This document shows positions 17,134 to 28,794 of a stretch of DNA of 64,000 nt, in pieces (the first letter of the stretch is position 1; each line of letters starts with the position of its first letter). The stretch is from an uncultured Clostridia bacterium (GTDB lineage Bacteria; Bacillota; Clostridia; Monoglobales; Monoglobaceae): positions 18,714-82,713 of the forward strand of contig CANQQJ010000007.1 in NCBI GenBank assembly GCA_947625905.1, given 5' to 3'. The position numbers and the translations under genes are program-made. The notes below the pieces were generated by a model. The model was given only the letters and a program-made list of their open reading frames with translations, was not told the origin of the DNA and did no database searches.

Positions 17134-17751
17134 ATGGACACAAACGCTATCTACAAAGTGGGCTACGGACTGTATGTGCTGTCGGCAAACGACGGCGGAA
17201 AAGACAACGGCTGCATAATAAACACGGTAATGCAGATCACGTCAAGCGGGACGTTTAAATTTATCATATCGGTCAACAAGGCGAATCTGACCCACGACAT
17301 GATAAAAAACAGCGGCAAGTTCAACGTTTCGATATTGACAGAGGAAACCCCGTTTTCGATGTTTGAGACCTTCGGCTTTAAAAGCGGCAGAGACGCCGAC
17401 AAGTTCTCGGAGATCGACTGCGCGAAAAGGGCCGAAAACGGCTTGCTTTATCTTGACAAATACGCCAACGCGTATCTGTCGTTTGAAGTTATCGACGCGG
17501 TCGACTGCGACACCCACACGATCTTTGTCGCTAAACTCATAGACGCGGTCTCGCTCTCAAGCGGCGAAAGCCTGACATACGCGTATTACCACAAGCACAT
17601 CAAGCCGCAGCCTAAAAAAACCGAGAAAAAAGTGACCGGCTGGCGCTGCGTTATCTGCGGATATATCTATGAGGGCGAGGAACTGCCGCCCGACTTTATA
17701 TGTCCGTGGTGCAAGCACGGCGCCGCTGACTTTGAGAAGATCGAAGCATAA
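17134..17751 (+). CDS. Flavin reductase-like protein with C-terminal rubredoxin-like domain
   Basis: YGLYVLS...NGCIINT, HTIF; C-terminal WRCVICGYIYEG...CPWC. Confidence 0.88.
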   Translation: MDTNAIYKVGYGLYVLSANDGGKDNGCIINTVMQITSSGTFKFIISVNKANLTHDMIKNSGKFNVSILTEETPFSMFETFGFKSGRDADKFSEIDCAKRAENGLLYLDKYANAYLSFEVIDAVDCDTHTIFVAKLIDAVSLSSGESLTYAYYHKHIKPQPKKTEKKVTGWRCVICGYIYEGEELPPDFICPWCKHGAADFEKIEA

Positions 17752-17754
17752 AAC

Positions 17755-17778
17755 AAGCAGGAGCATCCGCTCCTGCTT
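17755..17778. terminator. Bidirectional terminator
   Basis: AAGCAGGAGC-ATCC-GCTCCTGCTT between convergent genes. Confidence 0.75.
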
Positions 17779-17783
17779 TATTA

Positions 17784-18899
17784 TTAGCCGCCGGAAAACG
17801 CTTTCGCGGTCCGCTCCAGGATCTTTCTTATTTCCAGATCCTGCGGACAGGCGGCCTCGCATCTTCCGCATTTCACGCAGTCCTCGGGCCTGCCGCGGCC
17901 CGAGGTGTACACCTCGTAGTAAAATCCGCCCTCGCCGTATCTTATCCTTGAATTAAGACAGGATATCAAAAGCGGTATCGCTATATCCTTGGGGCATACG
18001 CGGGTGCAGTACTCGCAGCCTGTGCACTGAACAGTCTGCTCGTTTTTTAAGATCTCGCAAACCTTTTTCACCGCCTCGAGCTCACGCTCGCTCAGCGGCT
18101 TTAAATCTCCGAACAGCGCGATGTTTTCCTCAACCTGCGCCATGTTCGACATGCCCGACAGGACAAGGCGCACGCCGTCAAATCCCGCCGCGCAGCGCAG
18201 AGCGTAAGCCGCGGGGGTTCCTCCTCCGCTCTCGCTCAAAACAGCCTTCGCCTCATCGGGCAGATTGACGAGCCTGCCGCCCTTTATCGGCTCCATAACG
18301 AACGCGGGCTTTCCGTGTTTTGTGCACATCTCGTAATTCGCGCGGCTGCGGATCCCCGGATCGTCCATATCCAGATAATTCAGCTGTATCTGCACTGCCT
18401 CGATCTCGGGGCGCTCGCTCAGTATCATGTCAAGGACGTCATCGGTATCGTGGAACGAGATGCCTATGTGTCGGATCATGCCTTGAGCCTTCAATTTTTT
18501 CGCTGCCTCGAACGCGCCCAGCTCGCTGTATTTTTTATAGCTCCTCGAGGACAGCGCGTGCATCAGATAAAAATCGAAATACTCAACGCCGCAGCTTGCA
18601 AGCTGCTTTTCAAACGTCTCGTAAATATCGGCCTCGCTTTTGAAAAACTCGCTTGAAAGCTTGTCGCAAAGGACGAAGCTCTCCCGCGGGTACCTCGACG
18701 TGAGGCACTTTTTAAGCGAATCCTCGCTCCTGCCCCCGACATAGCCGCGGGCTGTGTCAAAGTAGTTAAAGCCCGACGACATATATTTGTCGATCATATC
18801 GGCGAACTCGCCTAAGATCACTTCGCCGTTTTTGTCTCTGGGCGGCCGCATGGCGCCAAAGCCCAGACCGCCCTTTATTTCTTCAAAACAATTTTTCAT
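17784..18899 (-). CDS. Aldo/keto reductase with C-terminal 4Fe-4S cluster motifs
   Basis: LGFGAMR, NYFDTARGY, MEPIKGG; CTGCEYC...CP and CVKCGRCEAACP. Confidence 0.9.
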   Translation of the reverse strand: MKNCFEEIKGGLGFGAMRPPRDKNGEVILGEFADMIDKYMSSGFNYFDTARGYVGGRSEDSLKKCLTSRYPRESFVLCDKLSSEFFKSEADIYETFEKQLASCGVEYFDFYLMHALSSRSYKKYSELGAFEAAKKLKAQGMIRHIGISFHDTDDVLDMILSERPEIEAVQIQLNYLDMDDPGIRSRANYEMCTKHGKPAFVMEPIKGGRLVNLPDEAKAVLSESGGGTPAAYALRCAAGFDGVRLVLSGMSNMAQVEENIALFGDLKPLSERELEAVKKVCEILKNEQTVQCTGCEYCTRVCPKDIAIPLLISCLNSRIRYGEGGFYYEVYTSGRGRPEDCVKCGRCEAACPQDLEIRKILERTAKAFSGG

Positions 18900-18903
18900 G
18901 ATT

Positions 18904-21900
18904 TTATTTACCCAGCGGCGCTATCGTGTCGGTTCCGCTCCAGATAAACGCCCTTGCCGAGCCGCCCTCGGGGACCGCTATATCAAATCCGTCAAACGAT
19001 GCCGCGCCGACGTGTATATCCGACACGGGCACATTCTTTGTCTCCGCGTCCGAAAGCGCGCCGTCCGCGTTATACGCCGCGGCGATAACCGTCACGCTGT
19101 CGATATCGGGCAGCTCGTTCACGACCGCTGTCACCGCGGTGATCTTTCCGGCGGTTATGACAGGTTCAACATTCTTAAACGGTGCCGGCGCAACATGCAC
19201 AATAAAGCTGATCATTTGTCCGCTGTCGGTTATCGCGCTCAGCACGGTGCTGCCCGCTTTGGCTCCGTATATTTTGCCGACGGCTTTGCCGTCTTTTACT
19301 GCCGCGCCGCGGGTGTCGGTGATAAGCAGATATCTGTTACCCGAAACAAAGCTCACCAGAGACGTGGTGTCGGCGGGTTCAACGTTTACCGAGATTTCAG
19401 CCTCCGAGCCCTCGGGGATAGTGATCTCTCCGCTCATATCCGAGCCGATCGACGCCGCGGGCCTGCCCTCCTCCGACTGCGTGAACACGAGATTTTGAAT
19501 GGTAAAGGTTATCTCGATCTTTGAGGGATTCTCGATATTCTTAAAGTTTACGATGTGTTTGTTTTTGTCGGTAATGATGTAGTCGTCATTAACGGCCGAG
19601 CCGTCCCAGCCGTTGAACGGATCGTTCGTGTCAAAAATGCCGCTGTCTTTGATTGCTGACTTAAAGCCGGTCTTTGTGATCGTCAAAGGCTGACCGTTCA
19701 CCTTGATCTCGTCGTATCTGATCTCGCAGCTGTCAACGGGACTTTTGACCGCGCCGCTCGTGTCGACATCATAATCCTTCAAATAAATCGCTACAAAATC
19801 TCTGATATCCGAAACGCCGGCTTTTTTGCCCGCGTCCGATAAATCTTTGGCAAGATCAAACTCCGCCTTATATTGTCCGTCCGAGGTGATCTTGACCGCC
19901 GCGCCTCTTTCGGTGCCCGCGTATGTTCCGCCGTACAGCACGTTAAGCGCGACGTTTATACCGTTATCCGACGCTGCCTCGATCACCGTTACGGGCACCG
20001 TGAAAGTTGTTCCCGTTTCGGCGGCGATCGTTATAAACGCCGTGCCCGCTCCGACGCCGACCACTTTTCCAAACGCGTTAACCGTGGCGACATTCTCGTT
20101 TGATGTGTAATAATACAGCTTTTCGCCATTATCCGCCGCAGCGTCGATATATAAATATTTATTCTGCATAAGAGTATATCCCTTTTGAGCGACGGTTATG
20201 CTCTGCGCCGGAGCAGCCGATTCTTTCGCCTTGACAACAACCTTGATCACCGCCTGAGCCGATCCGCTCTGAGAATACGCCGTCACGTTTGCCGTTCCGA
20301 TCTTTACTCCTTGTATAAGTCCGTTATATACCGTCGCGACATCGTCATTGTCGGATTTCCATATCACGACGTCATTGCTTTCCGCGGGCCGCACCGAAAC
20401 TCCGACTTTCTCGCTTCCCCCGACTTCGATCTCAACGGCCGTCTTATCGGGAACGATCTCGGTTATCTCGGTTATGCTCGGATTGATCTTTATGTCATTC
20501 ATGTCATAACTCTTATTCGCCGAGGAAGGCGCGACAAACATACCGCGCATCATCGCGTCGGTTATGGTCTTGAATATCGGCTTTTTGCCCTCTCTGTCCC
20601 AGACCGACCAAGACGAGTCGGGGGATTGGGTCATATCGAACCAGCCCTGGTCCCAGACGCACGGCACTACCTTTGCGACCTGGCAGGCGCGGGTCACGAT
20701 CTCATCAAAATACGCGCGGTCATAATCATTAAATCCGCTCGGATTGTTTTTGTTAAGCTTGTTGCGGTTGCCGTACTCACCAAGGATCATCGGATAATTT
20801 TTAAATTTATTATTCATTTTCCTGAGCTGGTCGACCACCTCGTAAACATTGCTGTATGTCCATGTCGCGTTTGTGCTGCTTTTGTAAATATGAGCGGCGA
20901 ACATGAGGCGCGTGTCGGTGTTATAGCTGTCGGTCGGCATTTTGAAGGCGCTGTCCGTTCCCGCATTGGCAAAATGCGACACGGCCGAGATCCAGCGTTT
21001 TTTGTTGTTTGAGCCCGTGGAGCGCACAACGTTGACGCATATCTGGTTGAGGTTCATGATAAGCGGAATATCATAGTTTTTAACATTCGTATCATTTTTA
21101 TTACTCGCATCATGAGTGGTGCTTGTGAGCTCGTTGGCGGCCTCAAAAATCAAATGCTCGTCATAATCTTTGAATTTCTCGGCTATATGCCTCCAGACGT
21201 TTTCGTATTTCTCATACACATAATCCAAGTTATCCGAGCCGACGGCAAGCCAGCCGTCCGCGCCGTCGTGGTGAATGTTGATTATCGCGTACATATCAAG
21301 CTCAACGCAGTAATCTACAATATCCTGAACGCGGTTTATCCACGCGTCGTTTATGGCGTATCCGTTTTCGTCGTCGATCATGTCGCCCCATGTCACGGGA
21401 ATACGAACCGTGTTGAATCCCGCGTCATGTACCGAACGTATAATATCCTTTGTCGTGGCGACGGACTGCCATATCGTCTCGCCGGGATGGAAAGCGTTGT
21501 GTCCGTCCATGGTGTTGCCCAGGTTCCAGCCCACGCCCATTTCGCCGACCGTCTCCTGCGGCGAAAGAGTTCTGAAAGGCTGCGGGTTGCCCGGGTCGGC
21601 GCTGTCCTTGAATAAAAGGTTTGACTTGGCGGCCTCAAGATTTTTTCTCGCGGTCTGTAGCTGCGAATCCGAGGCGGAAGAGTTGTTTAAAACTCCCTCG
21701 GCGGTCGTTATCGCGCTTTGGAAGGTCTTAAACGACGCATCCTGATACTTTGCCGCGTCCAATGCCTTTGAATAGTTTATCGAATATTCAAGCCAGCCTC
21801 TCGCCGTCTCGGGAAGTCCGCTCGGCTGCGATAAATAAGCGTAGCCCGTCAGAGTAACAACAACTTCGTCGGCAGGCTCAACAAACGAAATGTTTATACC

Positions 21901-22341
21901 TTGAGCGACATAATCATCTTTATTTCCTTTAAACGAGGCCGTAACATCGGCTGTGTGCACATAGGCCGTATATGCTCCGTTTTCCGAAACGGAGCCTCCT
22001 ATAGTTATAAAATTATCCTGCCAGCCGCTCCATTCCGTTATCTCGTAAGGCTGCAGAGTGAACACATTGGTGTCATCGGCAACCGGGCCCGTCACCGTGT
22101 ATGTCACCTTGATATATTCCGACGTCAAAAATTCCTTTGTCGTCATACTTTGTATATAACCGTCAAAGCTCCCGTCCTCGCGCGGTTTAAGATCGGTTGT
22201 GCTTATTTGTTTTTCAAGAACGCTCGTCTCCTTAAATCCGCTGACGTCGGGCACCTCCGCGGCACTCGCATCCGTTATGCCCGCAAGCGGCAGAACCATC
22301 GCGCAGATTATCGCAAGCGCAAGAATTCGTCTGATCTTCAT
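18904..22341 (-). CDS. Secreted multidomain GH5 endoglucanase (GH5_4-like) with FIVAR-like, Ig-like (Big_2) and unassigned modules
   Basis: Signal peptide; GWNLGNTMD, VRIPVTW, NIHHDG, FEAANE (acid/base), LGEYG (nucleophile); repeated WKSDNDDVATV / YTSNENVATV Ig-like units. Confidence 0.85.
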   Translation of the reverse strand: MKIRRILALAIICAMVLPLAGITDASAAEVPDVSGFKETSVLEKQISTTDLKPREDGSFDGYIQSMTTKEFLTSEYIKVTYTVTGPVADDTNVFTLQPYEITEWSGWQDNFITIGGSVSENGAYTAYVHTADVTASFKGNKDDYVAQGINISFVEPADEVVVTLTGYAYLSQPSGLPETARGWLEYSINYSKALDAAKYQDASFKTFQSAITTAEGVLNNSSASDSQLQTARKNLEAAKSNLLFKDSADPGNPQPFRTLSPQETVGEMGVGWNLGNTMDGHNAFHPGETIWQSVATTKDIIRSVHDAGFNTVRIPVTWGDMIDDENGYAINDAWINRVQDIVDYCVELDMYAIINIHHDGADGWLAVGSDNLDYVYEKYENVWRHIAEKFKDYDEHLIFEAANELTSTTHDASNKNDTNVKNYDIPLIMNLNQICVNVVRSTGSNNKKRWISAVSHFANAGTDSAFKMPTDSYNTDTRLMFAAHIYKSSTNATWTYSNVYEVVDQLRKMNNKFKNYPMILGEYGNRNKLNKNNPSGFNDYDRAYFDEIVTRACQVAKVVPCVWDQGWFDMTQSPDSSWSVWDREGKKPIFKTITDAMMRGMFVAPSSANKSYDMNDIKINPSITEITEIVPDKTAVEIEVGGSEKVGVSVRPAESNDVVIWKSDNDDVATVYNGLIQGVKIGTANVTAYSQSGSAQAVIKVVVKAKESAAPAQSITVAQKGYTLMQNKYLYIDAAADNGEKLYYYTSNENVATVNAFGKVVGVGAGTAFITIAAETGTTFTVPVTVIEAASDNGINVALNVLYGGTYAGTERGAAVKITSDGQYKAEFDLAKDLSDAGKKAGVSDIRDFVAIYLKDYDVDTSGAVKSPVDSCEIRYDEIKVNGQPLTITKTGFKSAIKDSGIFDTNDPFNGWDGSAVNDDYIITDKNKHIVNFKNIENPSKIEITFTIQNLVFTQSEEGRPAASIGSDMSGEITIPEGSEAEISVNVEPADTTSLVSFVSGNRYLLITDTRGAAVKDGKAVGKIYGAKAGSTVLSAITDSGQMISFIVHVAPAPFKNVEPVITAGKITAVTAVVNELPDIDSVTVIAAAYNADGALSDAETKNVPVSDIHVGAASFDGFDIAVPEGGSARAFIWSGTDTIAPLGK

Positions 22342-22550
22342 ATGATCTTGCCTCCAATCATAAATTGATTTTTAATATCCGTATATAATTATAAACGAAT
22401 TATATAAAATTTTCAATATAAATATATCAATAATATAACATTAATTTTTAGTTAAAAAATTTTTAAAAAATTATTGCATTTTCTGTCATGTTCATGTAAA
22501 CTATATATTAAGTATGTATAAAATTAACTATAGTGAGGAGACTGAATTTT

Positions 22551-23810
<1,260 letters not shown>

Positions 23811-23842
23811 TTTTTGCATTAACATAAAGGAGAAAGCTATCT

Positions 23843-26800
23843 ATGGAAAAACTAAAAAAACGCGAAGATATACATAAGGTGCTGATCATCGGCTCGGGTC
23901 CGATAATCATCGGACAGGCATGCGAGTTCGACTATTCGGGAACCCAGGCCTGTAAGGCGCTGAGAAAGCTGGGCTACGAGATCGTGCTGGTAAACTCCAA
24001 CCCAGCCACGATCATGACCGACCCCGAGACCGCCGACGTCACTTATATCGAGCCCCTCAACCTTGAGCGGCTCACGCAGATCATTGAAAAAGAGCGCCCT
24101 GACGCGCTGCTGCCTAACTTAGGCGGACAGTCGGGCCTCAATCTCTGCTCGGAGCTGGCAAAGGCGGGCGTGCTTGACAAGTACGGCGTGAAGGTCATCG
24201 GCGTGCAGGTCGACGCGATCGACCGCGGCGAGGACAGGATAGAGTTTAAGAACACAATGAATTCCCTTGGCATTGAGATGGCGCGCAGCGAGGTCGCGTA
24301 TTCGGTCGACGAGGCGCTGAAGATCGCCGACGAGCTGGGCTATCCCGTTGTTTTAAGACCCGCCTACACCATGGGCGGCGCGGGCGGCGGCCTGGTTTAC
24401 AACACCGAGGAGCTTAAGGTTGTGTGCGCCAGAGGCCTGCAGGCCAGTCTTGTGGGACAGGTCCTGGTAGAGGAATCGGTTCTCGGCTGGGAAGAACTGG
24501 AGCTTGAGGTAGTGCGCGACGCGGCGGGCAACATGATAACCGTGTGCTTTATCGAAAATATCGACCCGCTGGGCGTTCACACGGGCGACTCGTTCTGCTC
24601 GGCGCCAATGCTGACCATACCCGAGGACGTTCAGGCCGAGCTCCAAAGGCAGGCCTACAAGATAGTTGAGGCCATTCAGGTCATCGGCGGCACCAACGTT
24701 CAGTTCGCCAGGAACCCCGAGGACGGCAGGATCATAGTTATAGAGATCAACCCCAGAACGTCGCGCTCGTCGGCTCTTGCCTCAAAGGCTACCGGCTTCC
24801 CGATCGCTCTGGTATCGGCCATGCTGGCGTCGGGCCTTAATCTCAGCGACATTCCCTGCGGAAAATACGGCACACTTGACAAGTACTATCCAGACGGCGA
24901 CTATGTTGTTATCAAGTTCGCGCGCTGGGCGTTTGAAAAATTCAAGGGCGCTCAGGATAAGCTCGGAACACAGATGCGCGCCGTAGGCGAGGTAATGAGC
25001 ATAGGCAAGACATACAAAGAGGCGTTCCAAAAGGCGATACGCAGCCTTGAGATAGGCAGATACGGCCTCGGCGGCGCCAAGGACTTCGGCGAAAAGACCA
25101 AGGAGCAGCTTTTAAATATGCTCAAGACGCCCACCAGCGAGCGGCAGTTCATCATGTACGAGGCCCTGCGCAAGGGCGCGGAGGTCGAGGATATATACCA
25201 AATCACAAAGATCAAGCACTATTTCATCGAGCAGATGAAAGAGCTTGTCGAGGAAGAGGAAAGTCTCAAGCAGTATAAGGGCAGCGTTCCTCCGACCGAG
25301 GTGCTCAAAACAGCCAAGCAGGACGGATTCTCGGACAGATATTTGAGCGATCTTTTAAGCGTTTCGGAGGAAGATATCAGAAACGCAAGGATAGCCGCGG
25401 GCATCACCGAGGCGTGGGAAGGCGTGCACGTGAGCGGCACGCAGGATTCCGCCTACTACTATTCATCATACAACATGAAGGATGAGAGCAATGTGAACAC
25501 CGACAAGCCCAAGATCATGATACTGGGCGGCGGACCCAACAGAATAGGACAGGGCATCGAGTTTGACTACTGCTGCGTTCACGCGGCCATAGCGCTCAAA
25601 AAGCTGGGCTTTGAGACGATCATTGTCAACTGCAACCCCGAGACGGTTTCGACCGACTATGACACATCGGACAAGCTGTACTTTGAGCCTCTAACACTTG
25701 AGGACGTGCTTAGCATACACGAGAAGGAAAAGCCGGTGGGCGTTATCGCTCAGTTCGGCGGACAGACGCCTCTCAATTTAGCGGCGGAACTCAAGAAAAA
25801 CGGCGTAAACATCCTGGGCACGACCCCCGAGACCATAGACCTGGCCGAGGACAGAGACCTGTTCCGCGCTATGATGGACAAGCTGGGCATACCGATGCCG
25901 CAGTCGGGAATGGCAGTCAACGTGGACGAGGCTATCGCGATCGCCGAGGAGATCGGATATCCCGTTATGGTGCGCCCCTCATACGTTCTGGGCGGACGCG
26001 GCATGGAGGTAGTGCACGATGAGGAAAGCCTGCGCATCTACATGGCGGCTGCCGTCGGCGTGACGCCCGACAGACCCATACTGATCGACAGATTCCTGAA
26101 CCACGCCATGGAGTGCGAGGCGGACGCCATCAGCGACGGCGAGAACGTGTTTGTGCCCGCCGTTATGGAGCATATCGAGCTCGCGGGCATACACTCGGGA
26201 GACTCGGCTTGCATACTGCCTTCGATGAACATACCCGAAAAGCACGTCAAGACAATAAAGGAGTACACGGCGAAAATCGCGCGCGAGATGAACGTGCGCG
26301 GTCTTATGAATATGCAGTACGCCATCGAGGACGACGTGGTTTACGTTCTGGAAGCAAATCCGAGAGCGTCAAGGACCGTGCCTCTGGTTTCAAAGGTTTG
26401 CAACATTCGCATGGTGCCGCTGGCGACGGACATCATAACCGCGCCGCTGACCGGCAGAAAGTCGCCCGTTCCCGAGCTTAAAGAAAAGAAGATACCTCAC
26501 TACGGAGTTAAAGAGGCAGTGTTCCCGTTCAATATGTTCCAGGAAGTCGACCCCGTGCTCGGGCCCGAAATGCGCTCGACCGGCGAGGTTTTGGGCATGG
26601 CCCCCACCTTCGGCGAGGCGTTCCTCAAGGCGCAGGAGGCCACGCAGATCAAGTTCCCCACAAGCGGCAAAATGCTTATCAGCGTCAACGACCGCGACAA
26701 GGACGAGCTGGTGGAAGTGGCGCAGGGCTTTAAGGAATGCGGCTTTGACATAGTGGCCACCGAGGGCACCGGAAAAATGCTGCGCGACAACGGCATTGAC

Positions 26801-27070
26801 GTCGAGATTGTCGCCAAGCTGGGCGAGGGACGCCCCAATGTTCTGGACATAATCACCAACGGCGAGGTCAACATTGTCATCAACACGCCCACCGACAAAA
26901 AGGGCGCCACCGACGACAGCTACATCAGAAAAGGCGTGATAAAGGGCAGGATCTCATACGTCACCACAATGGCCGAAGCCAAGGCCGCGATCGCCGGATT
27001 GAAAACCATCAAGGACGCTACCGGCGGCGTGAAATCCCTGCAGGAGCTCCACGCCGAGATCACCGACTAA
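23843..27070 (+). CDS. carB: Carbamoyl-phosphate synthase large subunit
   Basis: GSGPIIIGQACEFDYSG; two ATP-grasp halves; C-terminal MGS domain. Confidence 0.97.
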   Translation: MEKLKKREDIHKVLIIGSGPIIIGQACEFDYSGTQACKALRKLGYEIVLVNSNPATIMTDPETADVTYIEPLNLERLTQIIEKERPDALLPNLGGQSGLNLCSELAKAGVLDKYGVKVIGVQVDAIDRGEDRIEFKNTMNSLGIEMARSEVAYSVDEALKIADELGYPVVLRPAYTMGGAGGGLVYNTEELKVVCARGLQASLVGQVLVEESVLGWEELELEVVRDAAGNMITVCFIENIDPLGVHTGDSFCSAPMLTIPEDVQAELQRQAYKIVEAIQVIGGTNVQFARNPEDGRIIVIEINPRTSRSSALASKATGFPIALVSAMLASGLNLSDIPCGKYGTLDKYYPDGDYVVIKFARWAFEKFKGAQDKLGTQMRAVGEVMSIGKTYKEAFQKAIRSLEIGRYGLGGAKDFGEKTKEQLLNMLKTPTSERQFIMYEALRKGAEVEDIYQITKIKHYFIEQMKELVEEEESLKQYKGSVPPTEVLKTAKQDGFSDRYLSDLLSVSEEDIRNARIAAGITEAWEGVHVSGTQDSAYYYSSYNMKDESNVNTDKPKIMILGGGPNRIGQGIEFDYCCVHAAIALKKLGFETIIVNCNPETVSTDYDTSDKLYFEPLTLEDVLSIHEKEKPVGVIAQFGGQTPLNLAAELKKNGVNILGTTPETIDLAEDRDLFRAMMDKLGIPMPQSGMAVNVDEAIAIAEEIGYPVMVRPSYVLGGRGMEVVHDEESLRIYMAAAVGVTPDRPILIDRFLNHAMECEADAISDGENVFVPAVMEHIELAGIHSGDSACILPSMNIPEKHVKTIKEYTAKIAREMNVRGLMNMQYAIEDDVVYVLEANPRASRTVPLVSKVCNIRMVPLATDIITAPLTGRKSPVPELKEKKIPHYGVKEAVFPFNMFQEVDPVLGPEMRSTGEVLGMAPTFGEAFLKAQEATQIKFPTSGKMLISVNDRDKDELVEVAQGFKECGFDIVATEGTGKMLRDNGIDVEIVAKLGEGRPNVLDIITNGEVNIVINTPTDKKGATDDSYIRKGVIKGRISYVTTMAEAKAAIAGLKTIKDATGGVKSLQELHAEITD

Positions 27071-27111
27071 AATAATATCTTCGACATATAATATTAACGG
27101 AGGAACGCGTT

Positions 27112-27330
27112 ATGGAATATACGATCAATCTGACATGGGACGATGAAGCTCAGGTATGGATCGCGACAAGCGACGATATACCGGAACTTGTGCTTGAAAG
27201 TGGCTCATTTGATGCTCTTCTTGAGCGCGTAAGATTCGCGGTTCCCGAACTTCTTGAGCTTAACGGAACCGAAAAAACGCCCCTTAACCTTTTCTTCGTA
27301 TCAAAGCGCCGCGAAAGGATAGCACTGTAA
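27112..27330 (+). CDS. DUF1902-family (HicB-like) antitoxin protein
   Basis: WDDEAQVWIATSDDIP-LVLESGSFDALLERV pattern; AT-richer than flanks. Confidence 0.8.
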   Translation: MEYTINLTWDDEAQVWIATSDDIPELVLESGSFDALLERVRFAVPELLELNGTEKTPLNLFFVSKRRERIAL

Positions 27331-27376
27331 CGCAATTTTAATACAATCCGGAATCAATTTCAGATTCAGATAATAT

Positions 27377-27400
27377 AAAAGCCCCTGCTTCGGGGCTTTT
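27377..27400. terminator. Bidirectional terminator
   Basis: AAAAGCCCC-TGCTTC-GGGGCTTTT. Confidence 0.8.
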
Positions 27401-28613
27401 ATAATTCTCTTTTAAATTCGGAAATTCTGTGGCGGAAGTCGGGGACCGCGCCGCGAAGTATATCCTTGCGGTGGAGCATTTCGTCAAGGCGCAAAATATA
27501 ATCCTTCGGCTCCTTGACGTTGAATATCCGCTCAATGCGGTCGGTTTCCCTGTCGACAGTTTTTGTAACGCCGCCGCAGCCCATCGAAATGATAGTCTGT
27601 ATTTCCTCCATGATATAGAGATTATACAGCGACTCGTATCCCGGCAGGGCGTACCCCACATTCTCAAGGTTGCCCAGCTGGTTCTTCTGGCGGTACATAT
27701 AATACGGGCGTTTGCCCTTTGATGCCAAAAACTCTCGGGCGAAGTCGACCATTTTGCTGACCGTTCCGCCGTCGCTCAAATCGTAATCGCTCAGATACTC
27801 GTTAAGTCTCGACGAGCGCTTTATGCTCATAACATGCACCGTGGTGTCGGTCGGCTCGAGCTTTTCCACTTCCTCAAGCGTGTACTTGAACATATCAAGA
27901 TTCTCTCCGGGGAGACCCGCGATAACATCCATGTTTATATCGTCAAAGCCGCGCTCCCGCGCCAGCGCCATAGCGCCGCGTATATCCTGCGCCGAGTGCG
28001 CCCTGCCGATAACATGCAGCGTCTCGTCGTTCATCGACTGAGGATTTATGCTTATGCGGCTGACGCCGTGCCTTTTCATAACGTCCAGCTTTTCGCTGTC
28101 GATCGTATCGGGTCTGCCCGCCTCTACCGTGAATTCCCTGACCCGCGACAGATCGAACTCGTTTTCAAGGCAGGTCAGCATATCGTCCATAAGCTCGGCA
28201 GAAAGCGAGGTGGGCGTTCCGCCGCCTATGTAGACGGTCTCAACGGTGTTTTTGTTTTCCTTGACTATCTCGGCCGTGTAGGCGATCTCCTTTTTGAGAG
28301 CCTCCACATAGGCGGGCTTGAGCTTCGCCGCCTGCTTTGTGCCGTTTGTGACAAAAGAGCAATAAAGGCACCTGCTTGGGCAGAACGGGATACCGATATA
28401 GAGGCTGACGCCGTTTTCGTACATTTTTTCACGCACGGGAATAAGAGCCCTCGCACACTTTAGCGCAAGGGCCGCTTTTTGATATTCGGTTCCGCATTCG
28501 GTCATAAAATAGTCTATGACCTGCTCATCGGTCATGCCTCGCGCCAAAAGCTTGGTAGCAATCTTGGCGGGTCTTATTCCGGTAAGCTTTCCCCATGGAT
28601 TGTTTTCATTCAT
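27399..28613 (-). CDS. hemZ: HemZ-type radical SAM protein (coproporphyrinogen dehydrogenase-like)
   Basis: PWGKLTGIRP, YIGIPFCPSRCLYCSF, YIGGGTP, YMYRQK; start MNENNPW at 28613. Confidence 0.88.
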   Translation of the reverse strand: MNENNPWGKLTGIRPAKIATKLLARGMTDEQVIDYFMTECGTEYQKAALALKCARALIPVREKMYENGVSLYIGIPFCPSRCLYCSFVTNGTKQAAKLKPAYVEALKKEIAYTAEIVKENKNTVETVYIGGGTPTSLSAELMDDMLTCLENEFDLSRVREFTVEAGRPDTIDSEKLDVMKRHGVSRISINPQSMNDETLHVIGRAHSAQDIRGAMALARERGFDDINMDVIAGLPGENLDMFKYTLEEVEKLEPTDTTVHVMSIKRSSRLNEYLSDYDLSDGGTVSKMVDFAREFLASKGKRPYYMYRQKNQLGNLENVGYALPGYESLYNLYIMEEIQTIISMGCGGVTKTVDRETDRIERIFNVKEPKDYILRLDEMLHRKDILRGAVPDFRHRISEFKREL

Positions 28614-28694
28614 AATGCGGCTATTCTTTCCTTTCCGTCTTTTTTGCGCGCCCCGCTTGTCCGCTATGGGCAAATGATGTGTGACCTCGTTTAT

Positions 28695-28790
28695 TCATTG
28701 CAATCGGACTTTAATTCTGCCTCGAACCCGCTCCGCGGCTCCGGTCGCAGCGGGTCTTATCCCAGTGAGAACTCCCCATGGATTGTTCAT
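28695..28790 (-). pseudogene. 31-codon stub duplicating the hemZ 5' end
   Basis: MNNPWGVLTGIRPA... versus hemZ MNENNPWGKLTGIRPA; about 40 nt of clear similarity, then unrelated sequence and a stop. Confidence 0.7.
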
Positions 28791-28794
28791 AGAA

